Shown here: piece after piece, positions 1 to 9,318 of the stretch
Layout: every line of letters begins with the position of its first letter
Numbering within the stretch: position 1 is the stretch's first letter
Assembly (NCBI GenBank): GCA_045863335.1
Contig: BTVY01000008.1
Location: 1 to 64,000, forward strand
DNA from: Candidatus Hydrogenedentota bacterium
Lineage (GTDB): Bacteria; Hydrogenedentota; Hydrogenedentia; Hydrogenedentales; SLHB01
Reading direction: 5' to 3'
Length of the DNA: 64,000 nt
Position numbers and translations under genes: made by a program
The notes under the pieces: generated by a model
What the model was told of the DNA's origin: nothing
Seen by the model: only the letters and a program-made list of their open reading frames with translations
Database searches by the model: none

Positions 1-2
1 GA

Positions 3-86
3 CGCAGAATGTATTTCGAGCGGTACTGCAAGAACTGCACCCCTTCAAAGGGGGACTTTGAGCAAGACGTCACACAAGATCTTTGA
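3..86 (+). CDS. Probable 3' end of a CDS entering from outside the window (RRMYFERYCKNCTPSKGDFEQDVTQDL*)
   Basis: Frame is open from the window edge to TGA at 84-86, contains CxxC and converges on the next gene. Confidence 0.35.
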   Translation, partial: RRMYFERYCKNCTPSKGDFEQDVTQDL

Positions 87-131
87 GAAGGAACTTAGGG
101 TTCAGGACACTAGTCCAGCGTGGCCGAACGA

Positions 132-1139
132 TTACCGTGAGGCGGGGCCGGGTTGCATGGCTTCGGGGGCGCGGAAGATCTTTCGTGCCGTATCCGTCGC
201 GGGAAACTCCACATTCGATTTCACGTACGAGACATGCCCGTCCATGTATCCCACGTTGATGCCGTCCCGGGTGTCCACAGGAGTTTCGAAGAAGATGGGG
301 ATCTCCGATTGGGCGCTCGCCGATCCGGCGGGATTGTTGATGTCGGTGATGAAGAATCGCTCAATACCTTCTCGCGGACGGTAAAGTATCCCCGCTTCGG
401 TTTCAATCGAATCGCCCAGGTCGGCGCGCGCCAATTTCTTTAGGGTCGAATCCAGCGCCGTCGCTTCCTCGTCATTCTTGACGACCCAGCCGGGGTACGC
501 GTAGCTCATCGCGGCGATCCGGGTCACTTCGCGCCAGTCGACTGGATCTTGCGCAACCAGCTCATTGAGCCGCTCCTGGAGTTCCCGCGCGTCCGGGCGG
601 CTGGGGTTCACGAGGACCGAGAGATCCGAGAGGTACTTGGGGTACACGCGTTCGATGTCGAACATCCAAAGCCCCTCGTATGGCGTAAGCGGGGGAAAGG
701 CCTCGCCGGGACTTTCATTCGCATACATCTTCATGACGATACCCAATTGCTTGAGGTTGTTCTGGCTCGATGCACGGCGTGAGGCTTCGCGGGACCGGGA
801 TAGCGCCGGCATCAGGATGGCCGCGACGATCAGCGCTACCGCGAGCATTACAGACGCCTGCACCCAAAAGGCTTGCGACCTCCGGCGTTGCGACAGTTCG
901 AGATCCCGCTCTTCACGAATCGTGGCCAGCGTGCGCGTGGCCAGGCCTGGTGGCGCTTCAGCCTCCGGCAACGCATCCAGAAGGGCCAACGCGTCCCGCT
1001 CGCGGACCAGATCTTCCTGCCAGGCGGGGTCGGCCGCAAGCATGGCTTCCACGTGGGCATGTTGCTCCTCGGACAAGGTACCGAGCAGATACCCGCGGAG
1101 CAGCTCGAACCGTTCGCTATGGGAATCTCGTTCCGTCAT
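132..1139 (-). CDS. Putative anti-sigma factor: N-terminal anti-sigma-like domain fused to TM helix and DUF1559/H-X9-DG pilin-like domain
   Basis: N-terminus LLRGYLLGTLSEEQHAHVEAML...APPGLATRTL; then ILMPALSRSREASRRASSQNNLKQLG and C-terminal GINVGYMDGHV; 4-bp overlap with the upstream ECF sigma gene. Confidence 0.8.
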   Translation of the reverse strand: MTERDSHSERFELLRGYLLGTLSEEQHAHVEAMLAADPAWQEDLVRERDALALLDALPEAEAPPGLATRTLATIREERDLELSQRRRSQAFWVQASVMLAVALIVAAILMPALSRSREASRRASSQNNLKQLGIVMKMYANESPGEAFPPLTPYEGLWMFDIERVYPKYLSDLSVLVNPSRPDARELQERLNELVAQDPVDWREVTRIAAMSYAYPGWVVKNDEEATALDSTLKKLARADLGDSIETEAGILYRPREGIERFFITDINNPAGSASAQSEIPIFFETPVDTRDGINVGYMDGHVSYVKSNVEFPATDTARKIFRAPEAMQPGPASR

Positions 1140-1747
1140 TCCACAAACTCTCGCAATTCATCCATGAGGAGGCGTACCGCCTTGTTCATGCGCGATTTCA
1201 CCGTGCCCACGGGAATGCCGAGGCACTCGCCAATCGCGTCATACGGCATGCCCTCGTGCCGGGCCATCAAGAACACCGCACGATGCCGCATGGGGAGACG
1301 TGCAATCGCCGCCTCGAGCCGTTCGCGCAACTCGGATTCACGCGCGCTTGCGTCGGCGCTGGCGTGTGCGTCGGGAATCCGTTCCGCCAGTGGAGGGCCG
1401 TCACTTTCTGCGCCGCCAAAGCGATCCAGCGATACGGCCAAGCGGCGACGCAGGTACCGCAGCCGATCGCAACTGCAGTTCGTGGCGATCCGGTACAACC
1501 ACGGCCTCAGGGGAGAAGACGGATCGTAGCGGTCCCGGGAGCGGTACAATCGCAGCATCGTTTCCTGAAACACGTCCTCCGCCTCGGCGGCGTTGCCGGT
1601 CATCCGCCGGAGATAAGTGAACAGTGGCGCTTCGTACCGGCGAACCAGCCGGCCAAACGCTTCCATGTCGCCATCACGCGCGGCGGCCATGAGGGTTTCA
1701 TCCGAGTCCCCATGGGGGCGCTCTTCTATTGGATACGCGCTATCCAT
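1136..1747 (-). CDS. ECF sigma-70 family RNA polymerase sigma factor
   Basis: Region 2 (AEDVFQET, PWLYRIATN) and region 4 (LPMRHRAVFLM, GIPVGTVKSRMNKA). Confidence 0.95.
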   Translation of the reverse strand: MDSAYPIEERPHGDSDETLMAAARDGDMEAFGRLVRRYEAPLFTYLRRMTGNAAEAEDVFQETMLRLYRSRDRYDPSSPLRPWLYRIATNCSCDRLRYLRRRLAVSLDRFGGAESDGPPLAERIPDAHASADASARESELRERLEAAIARLPMRHRAVFLMARHEGMPYDAIGECLGIPVGTVKSRMNKAVRLLMDELREFVE

Positions 1748-1756
1748 CGTTCCGGT

Positions 1757-2218
1757 TCATTTGGAATTACGCACGTGCTCATTGGGGAGTACGGCCAAGG
1801 TCACCGTCGCCCGCGCGATGAGTTTCTCCCTATCTCCAGTGCGGGAATACACATCCGATTGAACGACGATCAACCGCCGCCCGTTCCGAACGACTTCGGC
1901 GCGGCAGCGCAGTGCGTGGCCGGAACCCGGCCGGAGCAGGCTGATCGAATAGCCCACGCTCAATACAATCTCGTCCTCTGCAATTAAGGTCGTGCCCGCA
2001 GACCCGGCGGTGTGGTCCGCGAGGGTAGCCACGGCGCCACCGTGGACGACATCGTTCTGCTGCAAATGGTGGTCGCGCAAGGGCATGGTGGCTTCGCACC
2101 ATCCCGGACCCGCGCTGTGATACGTGATGCCCAGGTGGTGAACGAACTTCGCCTTCTGAAACGTGCTCTCAACGCGCTCCATATAGTCTGAGTCGCGTGG
2201 CTTGAATTCCTCACTCAT
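1757..2218 (-). CDS. PaaI family hotdog-fold thioesterase
   Basis: VHGGAVATLADHTAG motif; ATG at 2218 with upstream AAGGA. Confidence 0.9.
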   Translation of the reverse strand: MSEEFKPRDSDYMERVESTFQKAKFVHHLGITYHSAGPGWCEATMPLRDHHLQQNDVVHGGAVATLADHTAGSAGTTLIAEDEIVLSVGYSISLLRPGSGHALRCRAEVVRNGRRLIVVQSDVYSRTGDREKLIARATVTLAVLPNEHVRNSK

Positions 2219-2334
2219 ACCAAATCCTTCCTTCCGCAACGGCCAACCCTTGCGTACAATAGCGCGGTTTGGGCCTCGGTTTCACGTTTTGAGCTATAGC
2301 ATTGACGTATCACGGGAATCCCCCGTAGCATAGA

Positions 2335-3579
2335 GTGGTGAACAGCCGCACACGATATTTCCGCCTTTGTACGCGCGATTCGGTCAGCGGGCGTGCGCGC
2401 CGGTGCATGACTGTGATTGCTCTGGCCGTGTGTCTGGCCGGCTGCCCTCCGAGTGAGAAGGCATCGCCACTCGTCACCGTTTCCCCATGGAGCATTGACC
2501 TCGCAAATAAGTCCGTAGAAAGCGTTGTCACGATCTCTGCGGCGTCCCCGGATGGCGCAGGAAAACGATTCACGGTCGAAACCAGCGCCCCATGGCTTAC
2601 CGCCATTCCTAAGACGGGAGTCGTTCCCGCGGAAGCGGCGCACACGTCCATTGCGCTGCGCGCGACCCGGGCCTTCATGAAGCCTGGCGCGAACCAGGGA
2701 ACTGTGGCGGTCGCGGTGGACGGAGTCGAACGGCACGTTATTACGGTTCGGGCAGAAGCGACGCTCGTGGCGGATTTCACCGCATCGCAAACGGTCGTCA
2801 CCGCGAATGACCCCGTTTCGTTCAGCGACGCGTCAACGGTCCTGACCGGCGCAGCGCCCGTTTCCCACTGGCACTGGGATTTTGGAGACGGAACTACCAG
2901 CGACGAGCAGAATCCCGTACACGCATACACCGATCGTGGGCGGTATACCGTGCAGCTCGAAGTGCGGTCGTCAGACCACATCGATCTGCGGCGGCGGCAG
3001 GGATACATTCACGTAAGCGAACCCCAGGGGCCCATGGCGGATTTCGTCGCGGCAACGACCCAGCCGGTTGTTGGGGTTCCGCTTCAGTTCACGTCGACGG
3101 CGCTTCCCGGCACCGCGCCCATTACGTCGTGGTTGTGGGACTTCGGCGACGGCAACCAGAGCGCCATGCCAAATCCCGTTCACGTGTACGCGGCGGCGTC
3201 GGTCTACGATGTCTATCTCACGGTGACAACACGATTGAGTTCCGACACGGAAATCAAACTCGGATATATCGATGTGCGGGAGGCGCCGCCAGTCGCAGAG
3301 TTCGCAACGCGCCATCGCACGCCCTTTGCCGGGGAACCGTTGGAATTCACGGATTTCTCTACAAGCCCCGGTGGTCCGATCGTGCGCTGGTTGTGGGACT
3401 TTGGCGACGGCACCCAAAGCATGGAATCGAATCCCATCCACATCTATACGGCTGCGGAAGTCTACTCCGTGAGCCTCACGGTGGAAACGCCGGGTGGGAG
3501 GGATTCGGAGCGGAAGCCAGACCACGTCGTAGTACAACCCCGCCCCGGTGAGACGCCCTTTCGCGTGGTCATTCCGTAG
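2335..3579 (+). CDS. Putative lipoprotein with BACON-like domain and three PKD repeats
   Basis: LAGC lipobox, three W-x-WDFGDG...NPxHxY repeats; alternative start at 2407. Confidence 0.85.
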   Translation: MVNSRTRYFRLCTRDSVSGRARRCMTVIALAVCLAGCPPSEKASPLVTVSPWSIDLANKSVESVVTISAASPDGAGKRFTVETSAPWLTAIPKTGVVPAEAAHTSIALRATRAFMKPGANQGTVAVAVDGVERHVITVRAEATLVADFTASQTVVTANDPVSFSDASTVLTGAAPVSHWHWDFGDGTTSDEQNPVHAYTDRGRYTVQLEVRSSDHIDLRRRQGYIHVSEPQGPMADFVAATTQPVVGVPLQFTSTALPGTAPITSWLWDFGDGNQSAMPNPVHVYAAASVYDVYLTVTTRLSSDTEIKLGYIDVREAPPVAEFATRHRTPFAGEPLEFTDFSTSPGGPIVRWLWDFGDGTQSMESNPIHIYTAAEVYSVSLTVETPGGRDSERKPDHVVVQPRPGETPFRVVIP

Positions 3580-3600
3580 ATCACGACGAATCCAAACCGG

Positions 3601-5517
3601 TTACAGACTGCGGAGTTCCTCGGCGTACCCGAGCATCTGCCGTGCCCGGGCCGATGCGGTGTGGTGCTGCAGAAAGACATCATGCCCCCGGCGCGCGATG
3701 GCGGCGGTCTCTTCCGGGCGTGCGAGATAGTGGTCGAGCTTCTCCTCCATGTCGCGCAAGTCATCAAAAAACACCGCCGACTCGCCGTCCACGAAGTTGT
3801 GCGGGATGCAGATGGGCAGGCGCTCTGAAAAGATCATGCATCCGTGCGCGGCCAACTCCCAGTAGCGTACGGTGTCGAAACCAAACCCGAATAGATTGAG
3901 ACCGATTCGGCTCGCCTGAAGCGCCTCGGTGTATTCATGCTGGTTGTACGTGCGATCCAGTGCCGTTCCCAATCGCTGCTCCAGACGCTCCACGTACAGT
4001 CGCCGAGTGCCGAACTGGCGATGGCCCGCCCAAAACAACGGGATGTTGCGATCTTCGCGAATGCCCGCGGGCACCTTGCGATCCGCATACGCGAAAGGTA
4101 GTGGCCGCGCCAGTTCCCCGTAATCCCAACACGCCAACAACTCGCGCTTGAAGTAACCGCAAACCGAATCGCATCCCATGAAAGCCAGAGTCTCGGAAAA
4201 GCTGTTGAGTGGATCGTCTTGCTCATCAACGATATAAACCGGCAGGTTTCCCGCCGCGGCGAGAATCGATCGAATCGTCTCGTGACCCACGTGCTGCTCT
4301 ACGTCCCCCATGAGTATCATGTCGAATTCGCCGCGCCCGAGGGCCTCAGTGATCGCCGCCAACGACCACGGCTCGCCGCGCCGGTCAAACGTGCAGGGGT
4401 AATTCGCGAGTTCCCGCGGCACATGTCCGTGGAGGGTATCCTTCCATGGAAAGTCGACCACGTTCTCATCCCCGAGCACGCAGCAAAGCCCTTCATACAG
4501 GACGTCCAGTCCATAGTGGGGCCGGGCCGGAAGAACGAACAGCACACGAGGCAGAGGCTCGGGCGATTGCCACGCCGGCGGAGGATCGACAGCGCATTGC
4601 GGTCGGGTACTTTCGCCCAAGTTTTCGAGCCGGCGATCGATCTCCGCCAGCACCGTCATATGCCGGGCCGTGCGCAAGAGCCGCGCTGCCATGTCGGCAT
4701 CGCCCAGCCGGCGCCAGAATTCGGACTGGCACAGGTAGGGCAGGGGAGCCTCCGGAGCGTTCCACGTGGCTTCGTAGAACATGGATTGGGCATTGAAGAA
4801 GCGGCCCAACCGGCCCGCGGGATCGGCCAGTTTGTCCCACGCGAGCAGGCACAAGAGACGTTCTCCGTAGTACGCGCACCGGAGTCCCGGCTCCTGGACG
4901 AGACGATCCGGCACCAGGTCGAGTACTTCATACGCCCACCCGGGATGACCCTCCTTGAAAAGACGGCGCGCATGCAAGATCGGATTGTAGGTTGGCCGAA
5001 CGGCCCACAGCAGGAATCCGCCGGTGCGCGATTGCGGATCGCGTACATCACGGCATGAGTCGGTTTGCGGCGCGAGTTCATTGGTCGTATAGCATGCGAG
5101 CCCCGCTTCGTCCGCAATCGTTCCGATGGCGAATTCAGAGTGGCGGATGGGCGACCTGGGCGAATGAATCACGACGAATAGCATGAAGCCGTCGTCGGTA
5201 AGCGCGGGAACGTAGCGGCGCGCCAGGGTCCGAATCGCATCATGGTCCAATGGTCCCGTTTCCAGGACGATACCCTCGTACATCGTGCAATCAGGGATTG
5301 CCCCATCGTGATTTCCGGAAGAAACCGCGACGCGCGAGCGCACTGGTTCTTCGTCAAGCGAGTTAGTACACTGAATGCCAGTGACCTCCGCGCCGGACCG
5401 TGCGTGCAGCGCCATTGCCAACGCGTCGCTCGTCAGGCCAACATGAAGTATTCTTCGCGCAAACTGAGGGATGAGCTGAGCCAGGCCATCAACCAGACCC
5501 GAAGCCGCAATATCCAT
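3601..5517 (-). CDS. Glycosyltransferase (C-terminal CgeB/Glyco_trans_1_2-like) with degenerate methyltransferase-like N-terminus
   Basis: YTEALQASRIGLN...RYWELAAHG...FVDGESAVFF...IARRG...HHT..AR. Confidence 0.8.
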   Translation of the reverse strand: MDIAASGLVDGLAQLIPQFARRILHVGLTSDALAMALHARSGAEVTGIQCTNSLDEEPVRSRVAVSSGNHDGAIPDCTMYEGIVLETGPLDHDAIRTLARRYVPALTDDGFMLFVVIHSPRSPIRHSEFAIGTIADEAGLACYTTNELAPQTDSCRDVRDPQSRTGGFLLWAVRPTYNPILHARRLFKEGHPGWAYEVLDLVPDRLVQEPGLRCAYYGERLLCLLAWDKLADPAGRLGRFFNAQSMFYEATWNAPEAPLPYLCQSEFWRRLGDADMAARLLRTARHMTVLAEIDRRLENLGESTRPQCAVDPPPAWQSPEPLPRVLFVLPARPHYGLDVLYEGLCCVLGDENVVDFPWKDTLHGHVPRELANYPCTFDRRGEPWSLAAITEALGRGEFDMILMGDVEQHVGHETIRSILAAAGNLPVYIVDEQDDPLNSFSETLAFMGCDSVCGYFKRELLACWDYGELARPLPFAYADRKVPAGIREDRNIPLFWAGHRQFGTRRLYVERLEQRLGTALDRTYNQHEYTEALQASRIGLNLFGFGFDTVRYWELAAHGCMIFSERLPICIPHNFVDGESAVFFDDLRDMEEKLDHYLARPEETAAIARRGHDVFLQHHTASARARQMLGYAEELRSL

Positions 5518-5711
5518 ACAAAAACGACCTTTCGTCCGATTCTACGGGGTTCACGAGAACCTATCATACGTCGCCCCGATGAGCAAGGGCATTGAACGCC
5601 ATGCTCTTAGCCCAACTCGTCGAAAGCAACCAGATGCAATATTGAAGCCGAAATGATCCGATACATCACGAGTGTTATTGACTATCGTGATGCACCTGCG
5701 AGGATATTCCA

Positions 5712-6743
5712 GTGCCCAAGAACTCCCGGTATAGGCGATTTGGAGCGTTTGTCGGTTCGGGGCCCGCAATGAAGCGCCTGTACGATACGGTGTCGCGCGC
5801 GGCCAAAGTCGATCTTCCCGTACTGATCGTCGGGGAGACCGGCACCGGCAAGGAGTTGGTCGCCCAGGAAATTCACGCCCGCAGTTCCCGGAAGAAGGGC
5901 CCGTTCATTCCGGTTAACATGGGCGCCGTCTCCCGTGAACTCGTCGCCAGCGAACTGTTCGGTCACGTCAAAGGCGCCTTCACTGGCGCCACGGAAAAGA
6001 AGCCGGGCTGCTTCGAGGAGGCCGACAACGGCATTCTGTTCCTCGATGAAATTACGACGATGGACGAGGACATTCAGGTAACGCTTTTACGGGTGCTCGA
6101 AACCAAACAGTATCGTCCCGTCGGATCGGCTCGCGGCTGCGCGAGCAATGCACGCGTAATCGCCGCGACCAACGAGGATTTGCGGACGGCCGTCGAAGCG
6201 GGGACCTTTCGTGAAGATCTGATGCATCGTCTTCAGGTGCTCCAGATCGTTCTGCCCGCGTTACGGGATAACCGCGGAGATATTCCCATGCTGGCGGAAC
6301 ATTTCCTCGACGAATTCGCCAAGGAATACGGGCTTCCCGTGGGAGGCCTGTCTCCGGAGACCCTGCGTATCCTGCAAGCATACGACTGGCCGGGGAACAA
6401 CCGCGAATTGAGGAATGTCATAGCCCAAGCGGCCGTCAATGCCGAATCCACGCCGATTCAGCCCGAACACCTGCCGGAGCGCATTACACAAACGTCGGCG
6501 ACGGCAACGGGAAGCCACTCGGCACCTCCTGACCCGGAGGAAACTTCGTCTGCTTTCGATACTGATAAACCGGGGCACAACGGCGTGTCTCTCCCGCTAG
6601 TCATCCCGTTGGAGGATGTGGAGCGGACCTATATCACGCACGCATTGCAGCACTGTTCGAACAACAAAACGGAAACGGCGAAGCGTCTGGGAATCAGCCG
6701 CAAAGCGCTTTACGACAAACTTAACCGGTGGGGATTGAGTTAA
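5712..6743 (+). CDS. Sigma-54-dependent enhancer-binding protein (AAA+ plus Fis-type HTH) lacking an N-terminal sensory domain
   Basis: GETGTGKE, ELFGHVKGAFTGA, LFLDEI, WPGNNREL, C-terminal NKTETAKRLGISRKALY. Confidence 0.95.
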   Translation: MPKNSRYRRFGAFVGSGPAMKRLYDTVSRAAKVDLPVLIVGETGTGKELVAQEIHARSSRKKGPFIPVNMGAVSRELVASELFGHVKGAFTGATEKKPGCFEEADNGILFLDEITTMDEDIQVTLLRVLETKQYRPVGSARGCASNARVIAATNEDLRTAVEAGTFREDLMHRLQVLQIVLPALRDNRGDIPMLAEHFLDEFAKEYGLPVGGLSPETLRILQAYDWPGNNRELRNVIAQAAVNAESTPIQPEHLPERITQTSATATGSHSAPPDPEETSSAFDTDKPGHNGVSLPLVIPLEDVERTYITHALQHCSNNKTETAKRLGISRKALYDKLNRWGLS

Positions 6744-6775
6744 TCCGAGACGGTGCGCAATACCAATCGTTTAGA

Positions 6776-6795
6776 TCCTTTACACATGTACAGGA
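6776..6795. promoter_or_regulatory. Candidate upstream activator sequence for the sigma-54 activator
   Basis: Imperfect palindrome TCCTTTACACATGTACAGGA (16/20 symmetric) about 65-85 bp upstream of the -24 box. Confidence 0.5.
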
Positions 6796-6859
6796 ACCGT
6801 ATTTTGGCTCGGACCGCCTAACATACTATCAACACTGACTCTACTGGGGACTAGGGGGT

Positions 6860-6875
6860 TGGCACTCGACTTGCT
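6860..6875 (+). promoter_or_regulatory. Sigma-54 (-24/-12) promoter
   Basis: TGGCAC-TCGAC-TTGCT matches consensus TGGCAC-N5-TTGC; 35 bp upstream of the ATG at 6911. Confidence 0.85.
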
Positions 6876-6910
6876 TTTATACTGAACAACGTACCAACTC
6901 TGGAAGTGTT

Positions 6911-7285
6911 ATGAATGGAAACGCGCATACCGCACTGATCGCCTGCTGTCATCAGAAACGCAAGGAGCAGTACACGAAATCAGCGCTTGAAGAAGGTTGG
7001 GATGTCCACACCGTGTCCCACGGCGCCGATGCCTTCGATCTCCTTCACAAGCGCCAGTATGACCTCATCGTTATGGATGAATCGATTGATGACCAATCTC
7101 CCGTGGAGTTCAGCCTCAGTGCCGCTGACATTGCGACCAATCATCCGGCCATTGTCGTCGCGGCCAAACGGTTCACGCCAGTAAAAGCGCTGTGGGACAA
7201 GTGCCGCGTGATCCATGCCGCTCCCTTTGAAGATATCGCCGCCAAACTCCCTCACTTATTGGAACGGGTGGCGGCGTCTACCTAG
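6911..7285 (+). CDS. Atypical stand-alone receiver (REC)-like protein
   Basis: GWDVHTVSHGADAFDLL...YDLIVMD; lacks the acidic pair and the KP lysine. Confidence 0.7.
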   Translation: MNGNAHTALIACCHQKRKEQYTKSALEEGWDVHTVSHGADAFDLLHKRQYDLIVMDESIDDQSPVEFSLSAADIATNHPAIVVAAKRFTPVKALWDKCRVIHAAPFEDIAAKLPHLLERVAAST

Positions 7286-7351
7286 GGTTCTTAGCGTCCC
7301 GCACGTGATGGTGCAGGCGACCGAGTACTGTGCCAAGGCGGGAGGGATATC

Positions 7352-9295
7352 ATGAATCAAAACGTCGCTCGAAAGCTCATCGCCGATCACCTTCTCGAAG
7401 GCGAGATGACTCCGGGAACCGAGATCGCCTTGCGCATCGATCAAACGCTGACCCAGGATGCGACCGGCACGCTGGTGATGCTTGAGTTGCTGGCCATGGG
7501 TTTGGATCGCGCGCACACGGAATTGTCCGCCCAATACGTCGACCACAATCTGCTTCAAGAGGACAGCAAGAATTCCGAAGACCATCTGTTTCTTCTGGGC
7601 GCGTGCCAGCGCTTGGGCATCTGGTACAGCCGCGCAGGCAATGGCGTCAGCCACCCCCTGCATCAGGCCCATTTCGGCAAACCGGGAAAGTCACTCCTTG
7701 GCTCCGACAGTCATACCTGCGCCGCGGGCGCCTTGGGAATGTTGGCCATTGGGGCGGGCGGACTTGAAGTCGCGCTGGCCATCGCAGGCGATCCCTTCCG
7801 CGTCCGCATGCCGGAGATCTTGGGAGTCCAACTTACCGGGTCCTTGCCCGACTGGGTGAGCGCAAAGGACGTTATCCTCGAAATGCTGCGCCGGCACGGG
7901 GTGAAGGGGGGCGTGGGGCGTATTGTGGAATACTACGGACCCGGCGTCGAAACGCTCAGTGTGATGGACCGGCACGTCATCGCCAATATGGGCGCGGAAC
8001 TCGGCGCAACGACGACGGTCTTTCCAGCGGATGAAATGGTCCGCGACTACCTGCGAGATCGCGGACGCGAATCGGATTGGAGCGAGTGGAAAGCGGATGA
8101 CGGTGCCGATTACGACATGCACGACGAGATCGACCTGTCGTCTCTCGTGCCGCTGATCGCAATGCCGACCAGTCCCGGAAACGTTTGCGAGGTTCAAGAA
8201 GTCGCGGGCGAACCGATCTACCAGGCCTATATTGGTTCTTCTGCAAATCCGGGCTACCGGGACTTCGCCATTGCCGCACAAATTGTAAAAAGCCGTCGCG
8301 TGAATTCGAGGGTTTCTCTCGATATCAATCCGACGTCGCGCGAGATTCTCGAGGAACTTGCGCAAGACGGGCGCCTCGTTTCGCTGATTCATAGCGGGGC
8401 CCGCATTCACCAGGCCGGTTGCAACGGGTGCATCGGCATGGGGCAGGCGCCGGTTGCGAATAAGTTGAGTCTACGGACGGTTCCCCGGAACTTTCCCGGC
8501 CGTTCCGGCACGGACGATGATCGGGTTTGTCTCGTGAGCCCGGAAACTGCCGCGGCCTCGGCCTTGACGGGATGCGTAACCGACCCGCGCACGTTGGACT
8601 TTCCGTATCCAAAGGTCTCCGGGCCTGCCAATCCGGTCGTGAACGATGGAATGTTCGTGAAGCCGCTGCCTCCCGAAGACGCCAAGAACGTCACGATAGA
8701 GAAAGGCGGCAACATCGTTGATCTGCCTGAGTGCACGCCGCTGCCGGAATCGCTCGCATTGCCCATTCTCCTGCGTGTAGGCGATGATGTCTCGACGGAT
8801 GAAATCATGCCTGCGGGCAGTCGCGTGCTCCCATTCCGCAGCAATATCCCTCGGATCAGCGATTTCGTTTATCAACGTGTGGACGCCGAATACGTGAAGC
8901 GTGCTAAGGAACAAAAGAAAACGGGCGGGCATCTCATCGTGGGCGGGACGAATTATGGTCAAGGTTCCAGCCGCGAACATGCCGCACTGGCGCCGCGATA
9001 CCTTGGGCTCTCCGTTGTCATCGCGAAGAGTTTCGCGCGAATCCATTGGCAGAACCTGGTGAATTGGGGGATCTTGCCACTGACCTTCGCCGATGAGTCT
9101 GATTACGACCGCTTAGCTCCCGGCGCCGTCGCGCAAATTCGCGAGCTATACAGCCAACTCCGCGCGGGAAACACGGTGGAGGTTCTGTCTGGCGGTAAGC
9201 GAATGAAGATGTGCCACCAGCTTTCACCCAACCAAGTCGAGGTCCTGGAAGCGGGAGGCCTCGTGAACCTGAAACGCAACACGATCGCGAGGTAG
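7352..9295 (+). CDS. acnA: Aconitate hydratase (short, about 650 aa type)
   Basis: QDATG, DHN, GSDSHT, GCNGCIG, RNFPGR, NYGQGSSREHAA, KSFARIH. Confidence 0.9.
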   Translation: MNQNVARKLIADHLLEGEMTPGTEIALRIDQTLTQDATGTLVMLELLAMGLDRAHTELSAQYVDHNLLQEDSKNSEDHLFLLGACQRLGIWYSRAGNGVSHPLHQAHFGKPGKSLLGSDSHTCAAGALGMLAIGAGGLEVALAIAGDPFRVRMPEILGVQLTGSLPDWVSAKDVILEMLRRHGVKGGVGRIVEYYGPGVETLSVMDRHVIANMGAELGATTTVFPADEMVRDYLRDRGRESDWSEWKADDGADYDMHDEIDLSSLVPLIAMPTSPGNVCEVQEVAGEPIYQAYIGSSANPGYRDFAIAAQIVKSRRVNSRVSLDINPTSREILEELAQDGRLVSLIHSGARIHQAGCNGCIGMGQAPVANKLSLRTVPRNFPGRSGTDDDRVCLVSPETAAASALTGCVTDPRTLDFPYPKVSGPANPVVNDGMFVKPLPPEDAKNVTIEKGGNIVDLPECTPLPESLALPILLRVGDDVSTDEIMPAGSRVLPFRSNIPRISDFVYQRVDAEYVKRAKEQKKTGGHLIVGGTNYGQGSSREHAALAPRYLGLSVVIAKSFARIHWQNLVNWGILPLTFADESDYDRLAPGAVAQIRELYSQLRAGNTVEVLSGGKRMKMCHQLSPNQVEVLEAGGLVNLKRNTIAR

Positions 9296-9318
9296 TTTTT
9301 GTCCGGAAGACGAGACGC

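Noticed and set aside
770-1987. 405-aa plus-strand ORF
   Set aside because: Opposite three well-supported minus-strand genes
2860-3480. Repeated TGGGAYTTYGGCGACGG DNA segments
   Set aside because: Explained by the three coding PKD repeats
6827-6839. IHF site between the UAS and the sigma-54 promoter
   Set aside because: TATCAA is present but the downstream TTR element is missing
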